A DNA stretch of 64,000 nt. Origin: Hypanus sabinus (lineage: Eukaryota). Shown here piece after piece: positions 51,703-60,519 of this stretch. The notes under the pieces are model-generated. The model had not been told where the DNA came from and did no database searches. It saw only the letters and a list, made by a program, of their open reading frames with translations. The translations under genes and the position numbers were made by a program. Positions within the stretch are counted from its first letter, which is position 1. Each line of letters opens with the position of its first letter. The stretch lies in contig NC_082731.1 in the NCBI RefSeq assembly GCF_030144855.1, forward strand, positions 29,326,001 through 29,390,000, given 5' to 3'.

Positions 51703-52064
51703 AACTTGACTCTCTTCCAAACTACCAACACAAGGTCTGTCTGTCCATCAGTAAGTGCCCATCTGGGCCCGTCTGTCACATCTCAGACAGATGTGTGAGA
51801 GTGCAGCACTCCCTCAGTACTAGTACCAGGATCACTGACCTGCAGTCTGTTCCCAAGCCTCAGGACAATGGCGTGAACACACAACCAGAGGTGACTGTGC
51901 CGGATTCTAGTTTGAGATTACAAAATATTTCTCTGATGTTCTTTGGTGAAGGACACTGGCCTTCCTACCCTGTTTACCCATATCCATCAGCCCCACACCA
52001 AACTCTTCACTGCTCTGTGATCGGCCGACTGGAGCAGAGCAAGGAATGCCGGCCTTGTCAGTGA
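51703..52064 (+). CDS. Candidate second secretory exon SEC2, 120 aa, 7 Cys (ELDSLPNYQHKVC...SKECRPCQ*), with internal donor after 51750
   Basis: TGCTTCCAG acceptor 171 nt after CH4b, in phase with it; 362-nt open frame; perfect GTAAGT at 51751. Confidence 0.65.
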
Positions 52065-52729
52065 GGGACTGATGAAATAATGACTGCAGGATCAATGTTT
52101 GCACACCAGCGTCTCAGAGACATGAAGCAAGTCTATCTGTCAGCAGAACTGGATGACCTGAGTTCCACTGGAGCAGGCATTGTGGAATGTAACTGAACCC
52201 AGACAGTTGTTGAGTTCCAGTAAACCAGAGAGATGCACAGTACTCAGCCAGGCACAGAACTAGTGCTGAAGCAATGGTACACAGTACACCTGTGATGCTG
52301 TCTCAATGTTATCCCTTTCCCTGTCCATAAATGTTCTCTAACCTGCTGAATACTTTCCACAATTTCCCTTTCTTTTCCAAATGTAAAAACCCTTCATATT
52401 TTAGATGCAGAGAGATCTCTAGTGGTGTAAACACTGGCCTGGATGGTGTAAGAACAGAATATTCCCAATAAGCATCATATAAAAAATAGTCCATTCCCAA
52501 TAGGAACCCTCTAAAGTTACCCTTCCCCACCAGATTAGATGGAAAGAAGTTGGGTCATTGGGTTCTCTGCAACAGAGATTCCCATGGACAGAGTGGTCAA
52601 CAGCTCCAATTGTCAACCTTCAATTGATGGTTGATCCTACAACAGTGTGGTTCACATCACTGAAACAAGCAAGGCTACCTGCAAGTCCTTTCTCATTAGC
52701 TCTAAGTGCAAATATATATTACTTTACTT

Positions 52730-53560
52730 CACTTTATTGTCACCAAACAATTGATACTAGAGCGTACAATCATCACAGTGATATTTGTTTCTGCGCTTCG
52801 TGCTCCCTGAAGTACAGATCGAAACAAATATAATAAAAATTTAAATTATAAATCATAATTAGAAAATAGAAAAGGGAAAATAAGGTATTGCAAGTCAGGT
52901 CCAGATATTTGGAAGGTACGGCCCAGATCCCAGTCAGGATCTGTTCAGCAGTCTTATCACAGTTGGAAAGAAGCTGTTCCCAAATCTGGCCATACGAATC
53001 TTCATGCTCCTGTATCTTCTCCCAGAGGGAAGTGGAACAAAAAGTGTGTTGGCTGGGTGGGTCTTGTCCTTGATTATCCTGGCAGCACTGCTCCGACAGC
53101 GTGTGGTGTAAAGTCAGTCCAAGGATGGTAGATTGGTTTGTGTGATGTGCTGGTCTGTGTTCACTATCTTCTGTAGCCTCTTCCGGTCTTGGACAGGACA
53201 ATTTCCATACCAGGTTGTGATGCACCCTCGAAGAATGCTTTCTACGGTGCACCTATAAAAATTAGTGAGGGTTTTAGGGGTCAGGCCAAATTTCTTCAGC
53301 TTTCTCAGGAAGTAAAGACACTGGTGGGCCTTCTTGGCAGTGGACTCTGCTTGGTCAGACCAAATCAGGTCATTTGTGATATTCACCCCGAGGAACTTAA
53401 AGCCTTTGACCTGTTCCACCTGCAACTCCGATGTAGATGGGGTTGTGTGATCCGCTACTCCTTCTGAAGTCAACAACCAATTCCTTTGTCTTGCTGACTT
53501 TGAGGGATAGGTTGTTGTCTTCTCACCATGCGACCAGGTTCTTAATTTCCTCTCTGTACT
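52730..53560 (-). mobile_element. Rex1/Babar-like LINE 3' fragment
   Basis: Minus ORF FKFLGVNITNDLIWS...LYFLRKLKKFG...FYRCTVESIL...WYGNC; 3' UTR ending near 52730. Confidence 0.75.
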
Positions 53561-54329
53561 TAGACTAATTTCATGATTAAATACATCAAAATAAGTTACT
53601 AACATTTCTGAGATCCTGCCGTTCTTGTTAACACTTCCTTGTGTCAGGTCTGATCTTGTTGGAAACTTGTGAAGACTACTTGAGAGGCTTAACGTTAGCC
53701 TGTGTTTGTGTAATCAAAGTTCAGTAAAGAAGGTGCGGAAAGCATTCAGCGACCAGTGTTCCGTGCCGGTACATTTTGGGATACAATGTGTGACTTAAAC
53801 ATGAGGGGTGGAAAGTGTTGCCTGGTTGGTTCTGTCCTCCATTGTATAAGCAGTTAGACATTCCAGTAGATGTATGGGTATGTGTATTATAGTTTCCACT
53901 CTGCAAATGATAGAACATTCCAGATTGGTCCACAGTTTCAAATATACAATGTTAATTGACGGGGAAAGGAATTTTATCAACTTTATGAAAACATTTGGTG
54001 AAATCATTCAGAAAGTGCAGTTAGAGAAAGAAGGGACAATATGTAGCCAGTGATGCCCTGGGACCTGCAGCAATGTGTTGAGTGCTGACATTATTCACTA
54101 GATTTATTCATGGTTTAGATATTGGGCAGAAACACACATGACCAACGTTGCCACTCACACATGGCTGGCAGATCTGTCAGTAGTCTGGAAGGCTTTAACT
54201 ACAGAGATAATAATCGATGAAATGAATAGGCAGCAACCAAGTCCTCAAGTTTACTCAAGTTTGTTGTCATGTTGATTTTCATGAAACATTGACAAGAAAC
54301 TAACTCTCTCACTTTCTCAATTCTTTCAG

Positions 54330-54472
54330 AAATCTGCACAGATTTGCCAGGAGAGGAGGGGAAGGAAGAACAGGGACACGTGGATGGAGATGACAATGTG
54401 CTTACAGATGGTGCCTTTGCCGTTCTGTTCATCATCAGTTTCCTCTACAGCACCTTCGTCACCGTTGTCAAG
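54330..54472 (+). CDS. IgW: IgW transmembrane exon TM1 (EICTDLPGEEGKEEQGHVDGDDNVLTDGAFAVLFIISFLYSTFVTVVK)
   Basis: Strong polypyrimidine acceptor in phase 1; acidic spacer with Cys; antigen-receptor CART motif F-x-x-LF-x-x-S-x-x-YS; AAG|GTAACT donor. Confidence 0.93.
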
Positions 54473-55440
54473 GTAACTAATTGACTAATGGAGGCATCCC
54501 CGAAACCCAGACTTTCACCTTCCTTATCTCACCACATTGCATTCTCTGACACTGCAACCCCAACGACAGCACAATCAACAGACAATGCAGTCTTGAGGCC
54601 CCTCACAACCCCTGGGACTTCACACCTTTCCTCTTCACTCCGAGCCTCTGGGCCTTGATAAGCAGAAGTTATGACCTGTACAAAAGGGACAGATTACACC
54701 TGAATCCATGGGGGACAAACAGATTTACAGACAGGTTTGCTAGTGCTGTTCAGAAGTATAAAGGGGGTTTCTTCTTTTTTCTTTGTTACCGTGTTTGTAA
54801 TCAAAATGGCTTCTTTGTTTTGTTAAAAGCAGGAATGCTTCTTTATTGCGAGAGAGTGCTGGAAGCTCATTTGGGTTAAAATTGTATTCCTTTGTAAACC
54901 AATTGGGATTAATGTTCTTTCTTCTGAGTCTGTAAGCTATTGTTGGCGGGCTTTTGGGGAGATCGGTGCGAGGGGGTGAGAGAAAGAGGATGTAAACTGG
55001 GCGAGGAACGGACCCCAAGCAGGGGTCCGAGGCCAGGAGGTACCCCGAGGAGAGGAGATGAAGCTAGATGTGCTTGGTTGACCACTTCGGATGGTCCTAA
55101 GCTGCGAGTCGAGGAGTTCGGAGGGGATCGAATGGTGGCCAGAAGAGTTCAGTAAATGATCTCCAACGGTTGTGCACGGTGGTTTGGACTTTGATAAGTT
55201 TGGCGCCTTTTCTTTATTTTTTCTTCATATATACTGTATCGTTATTAATCACTTAGTTATAGTAACCTTTATAAATTGTACTCATTTAATCGCATATGGT
55301 GTACTGTCTGTTTTTGGGCGAGGCGGGGACATCACACAGCATCCACACCAGCTGATTACCCAGCTTGGCGGGGCCGAAGGCTGCTCCCCCTAGACGAGAA
55401 CGAGCTGAGTGAGCCTGAGGTGACCCAGGGGGTTACATTG

Positions 55441-55459
55441 TGGGGTGCTCGTCCGGGAT
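55441..55459 (+). promoter_or_regulatory. Primer-binding site complementary to tRNA-Pro
   Basis: TGGGGTGCTCGTCCGGGAT equals the tRNA-Pro PBS TGGGGGCTCGTCCGGGAT with one inserted T, 3 nt after the 5' LTR. Confidence 0.85.
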
Positions 55460-57326
55460 TGATTTCTGTGGAAGCTGTGTGATCACTCTCTTTAAATTGT
55501 GTCTGCGGCGAAGAGCTGGTGTGCCTTTGTGGGCGTGCGATTGCTGGTTATCACTGCGTGTGTGTTGGGTGGGGTGGCTGCTGTTGGTAGCCCGGAGGTC
55601 ATTGTTCAAGTTCCGACTAGCGCTGACGAAATGGTGGTGGGACCATGGGTTGTCCGTACTGTTTGGAGAGTGAGGAGTGACAGGTTGGGATGATTCAGCA
55701 GTGGTAGGCTCCGCCCAGTTGTTGGAATAATGTTTAGCCCTAAAGGGGCGGAGGCGTGGGCGGAGCGGTCCTCTCAGTTGTTGGGTGAGTGGCAGTGCTT
55801 GGCTGAGGAAAAGCGACAGGAACTGGTTGAAAGTCTGAGTAGGCGGGCTGGTGACGTTATTAGAACTGTCGGCCGCAATTGCCTCGAAGTGACAGCTGCC
55901 AGTTCTGGGAAAGTGTGGGAAAATGCGTGTGGTTCGACTGGAAGTCAAATGCCGCAGCTGGAGGCTTATCATATCTGTGGCAGGAGATTGGTGAAAAGTT
56001 TTTAGGGTATCCCTTTTGCCTAGGGGGGCAGATAAATTGCTTGTGGTGCCAAGGGGATCTGTCAAGGGGATCAGTTGTTCCGTTGATTCGAGAGGTGTCG
56101 GGAAACTTAGAGGAGGCCCAGTGGGGGAACGGCTTGGGGTCTCTGGGGGAGCACGTTCCCAGCAATGTACCAAGGAACTCCCGAAAGCAGCAGACCCTAT
56201 TCCTGAAGGCTTAGAGGGACCACGCGCACAGGTGTTGTTACGGATGGATGGAAGTCAAGTTAAAGCCATCCTCGGCACCAGGGCTCTGGTTAAGTTGCTG
56301 TACAGTTTGTTTTATAACCGTTATTGGAAGCATTTACCCTTGACGACATTGAGGGCACTGGAGATTTGGGGTACCAGTGCCAGTGATTATCCAGATGACG
56401 GTTGTTGGTCAGTGAAAATGGAGTTCTTAGAGGCAAATGTGGAGGTGACTGAGGTTCGTGAATCATTAATGCTGATGTGTCCGGACACTGTTGAGATGGG
56501 CAGCGTTTCTGTTCTAGAGAGAACCAATATCCTGCTGGTGCACTTGGGGGTCTGCCCAAAGCAGGCGGGTGAGAGCTGTTTGGAGGCATTGTCGATGCAC
56601 CCAGAGTTTCGAGCTGCTTGTGCGGACGTGTGCAGCAGCATTGGGCTAATACCGAATTCAAACAAGAGCTGGTGGTGGTATGGCCTGGGGGAAGTATCTG
56701 AGGGTGAGACCCTCTTAATGGACGCTGCAAAATACCACGAGGGATGGGAGTTGACCGCTGAAGACACCTCGGAGAGAGAGAGAGGTTGCGGCGACTGGTC
56801 CCTGAAGCCGTGGAAGACGTAGGCAGCGTGTGTGTGGATTTTATTGCGCTGAAGAGGCGCACTGTCAGTGACCATAATATGGCCCTGAGGGCCGAAGAGG
56901 CGATGGCCTGACTGAGTGGTGCAAAGTGGTTTAAGGTGCTGGATCTGAGGAGTGGATGTTGCCAGATCCCGATGAGTGGGGCCAACAAGGAGAAGACGGC
57001 CGTTATAAGTTTCCTAGGAGTCTTCTGGTCCGAAAAGATGCCACAGGGCATATCCAGAGCCCTTGCAACCTTCCCGCGGGGCATGTGGAAGACCATGGGG
57101 GATGTGGAGGTGTTTGGAGTTTTGGCATATGTGGATGATCTCTTGGTATTTGGATTTGCCTCAGGAGAATATGAAGTGAGGTCGTTGCAGGAGCGGCTGA
57201 GAACTACAAAGTGTTTTCTGGACACTTGCCAGGGCTGGACACATGACGCAGCTCGTCAGTGACTGTCTCTACGGAATCAAGTTTGAAATGAAGATGGAGG
57301 GACCGGAGAAAGTGATCTGGAACCAT

Positions 57327-57803
57327 TTGGAAGACTTACAAGTTGGAGAGAATGAAGAAAGTTGTCTGACTGAGGGCAACAGCAAACTGAGAACCTGGAG
57401 TGGGGAGTTTGCGGAGGTGAAGAAATTACAGACAAATCTCAGAAGAGGGAAGCGGATGCTTGAAGGGAACCTGAAGATGACCATCGACAGTTCAAATGAA
57501 GTGCAAAACCTGAAAGCTGATCTGGAAGAAGTCATGAGGAAGAAAAAACTGGAGAGAAGTGCAGTGAATACTGAACTGGAGGCTGACCAATCTTTAACTG
57601 CTGCTTTTCCAGTCGGGGTGGAAGAAGCTGTTGGAGTAACTGCGTCCCAGATTGAGATGGCCGGGATGCGTGATTCAGAACTGCTGAGCCTGTGGCGAGA
57701 GTTGCAGGGGCCAGAGAAGAAGCTGATATCTCAATTGCAGGAGGCTGAAGAGACTGCAGGAGCAGTGCAGGCCATGTGTTTCCGTTTGGAGAAGATCAAT
57801 TAG
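57327..57803 (+). pseudogene. Captured sarcomeric myosin heavy-chain rod fragment (intronless, internally deleted) inside the Gypsy element
   Basis: Three collinear blocks match recalled MYH rod sequence: [16 protein letters not shown]..., [14 protein letters not shown]..., [26 protein letters not shown]. Confidence 0.8.
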
Positions 57804-59020
57804 CAGCTACCGATCCCAGAAATGAGGAAGAATACAGATTCAATGGATAATGTGCTGGATGTGTGGTACAAACTGTCTTTTGCTGACTTTCCCTCGATTA
57901 AGGAAGAGACCTTTGGCCCTTCTCCCACTGAGTCAGGTGTAGCGGGGAGGGTTAGCTCTGTGCAGTGGGGGGCATGAGTGAGAGGTTGAGAGAGGAGTTG
58001 GTAGTGGGCCCAAGGTATCCCCAGTTGTGTCCTAGCCTGAAGGGTTTAAGTGAGGGGGAATGGAGGTCTGAGAAGGATTAGGGAATTCCCAGACAGTTGG
58101 CCTATGTAGCGCCTGAGGAACAGGGCGTGAGGTTTACTGTGTGGGGAGGAGATGTCACTGCTTGTGCTTGGGTTATGGTGTGTTGGCAGGAAAGGTGGTG
58201 AGTTATTTCATAGTCATGAGGACATGACTTTTATTTGGTGGGGGAGAGTAAAGGGGGTTTCTTCTTTTTTCTTTGTTACTGAGTATGCAATCAAAATGGC
58301 TTCTTTGTTTTGTTAAAAGTAGGAATGCTTCTTTGTTGAAAGAAAGCGCTGGAAGCTTGTTTGGGTTAAAATTTACTGATAACGAGAATTGTATTCCTTT
58401 GTAAACCAATTGGGATTAATGTTGTTCTTTCTTCTGAGTCTGTAAGCTATTGTTGGCAGGCTTTTGGGGAGATCGGAGCAAGGGGGTGAGAGAAAGAGGA
58501 CGCGATGCTGTAAACTGGGTGAGGAACAGACCTCAAGCGGGGGTCCGAGACCAGGAGGTACCCCGAGAAGAGGAGACAAAGATAGATGTGCTTGTTGACC
58601 ACTTCGGATGGTCCTAAGCTGCGAGTCGAGGAGTTCGGAGGGTCCTAAGCTGCGAGTCGAGGAGTTCGGAGGGTCCTAAGCTGCGAGTCGAGGAGTTTGG
58701 AGGGGATCGAATGGTGGCCAGAAGACTTCAGTAATTGATCTCCAACTGTTGTGCATGAAGTGGTTTGGACTTTGATAAGTTTGGCGACTTTTCTTTATTT
58801 TTTTTCTTCATATATACTGTATCGTTATTAATCACTTAGTTATAGTAACCTTTATAAATTGTACTCATTTAATCGCATATGGTGTACTGTCTGTTTGTGG
58901 GCGAGGCGGGGACATCACACAGCATCCACACCAGCTGATTACCCAGTTTGGCGGGGCCGAAGGCTGCTCCCCCTAGTCGGAAACGAGCTGAGCGAGCCTG
59001 AGGCGACCCAGGGGGTTACA

Positions 59021-59850
59021 GAAGGGTTTAACCAAATTTGGCAGGCGGATGGGAAATGAAGTGAAAGGGATGAGGATCAAATCATTGGTTTACAAACAGA
59101 GGCAGTGTGTAGTGATACTGCTGGAACGAAACTGATGTTCGGGTAAAATTACACTCAACAGGATGAGTTGCAATGTAAAAAGGGGACAAAATTTTAAACT
59201 GTGATGAATACAGGACTGAAGGTGTTATATCTGAATGCACATAGTATATGGAGTACGCTAGATGAACTTGTAGCACAGCTACAGATTGGCATGTATGAAC
59301 TTGTGGGCATCACTGAATTGTGGATGAAAGAAGATTATAGCTAGGAGCTTGATGTCCAAGGATAGATATTGTATCAAAAGAACAGGAATATAGGCAGAAG
59401 GTGTGGTGTGGCTGTATTGGTAAAAAATTAAATTAAATCACAAGAAATTAGTGACATAGGATAGGATGGTGTAGAATTTGCAAGAGTGAAATATGCTGAT
59501 GGGAGTTATAAACAGACCTGCAAACAGTATAGCAAATATGTGGTCTACAAATTAGAACAGGAGACAGAAAATGCATGTTAAATGTTAAGATAATCATCAG
59601 GAATTTCAATATGCAGGTTGATTCAGCCGGATTGCACCAGAACCGCAGGGGAATCATTATCCTGGCTTCAAGATTTGCTGACGCTGCATGGGAGAGTTTA
59701 AGGGATCCCAATAGGGCTGAGTTTGTTAAGTGTATCCAGGAAAGTTTCTCAAATCAGTATGTGTACGGTCCAATGAAAGGATGGGCCACCCTGCTCCTGG
59801 TACTGGAGAATGAGCCTGGCCAGGTGACTGACCTTTCAGTGGGTAAACGG
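59021..59850 (+). mobile_element. CR1 LINE fragment (continuation of 54660-54752)
   Basis: LYLNA.SI, LVGITE.W APE remnants; sequence rejoins across the LTR element. Confidence 0.75.
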
Positions 59851-59884
59851 TAAGGGAAGAGTGACAACTCATTAGCTTTTAAGA

Positions 59885-60490
59885 TAATTGGGATGTAATG
59901 CTAAAGTTGTACAAGGCATTGGTAAGGCCAAATTTGGAATATTGTGTGCAGTTCTGGTCACCGAATTATAGGAAAGTTATCAATAAATTAGAGAGAGTGC
60001 AGAGACGATTTACTAGGATGTTACCTGGGTTTCAGCAATTAAGTTACAGAGAAAGGTTGAACAAGTTAGGTCTCTATTCATTGGAGTGTAGAAGGTTGAG
60101 GGGGGATTTGATCGAGATATTTAAAATTTTGAGAGGGATAGATAGAGTTGACGTGAACAGGCTGTTTCCATTGAGAGTAGGGGAGATTCAAACTAGAGGA
60201 CATGATTTGAGAGTTAGGGGGCAGAAGTTTAAGGGAAACACGAGGGGGTATTTCTTTACTCAAAGAGTGATAGCTGTGTGGAATGAGCTTCCTGTAGAAG
60301 TAGTAGAGGCCAGTTCAGTTGTGTCATTTAAGGTAAAATTGGATAGGTATATGGACAGGAAAGGAGTGGAGGGTTATGGGCTGAGTGCGGGTAGGTGGGA
60401 CTAGGTGAGAATAAGGGTTCGGCACGGACTAGGAGGGCCAAGATGGCCTGTTTCTGTGCTGTGATTGTTATATGGTTATATGTTATATGG
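59885..60490 (+). mobile_element. 5'-truncated, relatively young CR1 3' end
   Basis: Uninterrupted 168-aa CR1 C-terminus (LYKALVRPNLEYCVQFWSP...GLSAGRWD*), 3' UTR and (TTATATG)-type tail. Confidence 0.9.
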
Positions 60491-60519
60491 TTAATTATCG
60501 ACAAAGATAGGTATTATCC

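Larger units (their letters stand above)
54757..59020 (+). mobile_element. Non-autonomous Gypsy LTR retrotransposon inserted into a CR1 fragment
   Basis: LTRs 54757-55437 and 58247-59020, both ending GGGGGTTACA; 4-bp TSD GAAG (54753-54756, 59021-59024); PBS, PPT (58234-58246); decayed PNMA-like gag, protease and RT (LDLRSG, YVDD); host CR1 rejoins across it. Confidence 0.92.

Noticed and set aside
15637-54472. Assignment as IgM, IgNAR or TCR-delta-associated V
   Set aside because: Leader/V style, CH1 with a light-chain Cys, CH2 followed by a Cys-rich short tail and six C exons plus tailpiece fit IgW; J has WGxG, not FGxG
55433-57225. Long minus-strand ORFs (246 aa and 311 aa) and the 268-aa plus ORF as novel genes
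   Set aside because: They overlap the decayed Gypsy interior; the minus ORFs have no recognisable motifs and the plus ORF is a frameshift mosaic of protease-region remnants
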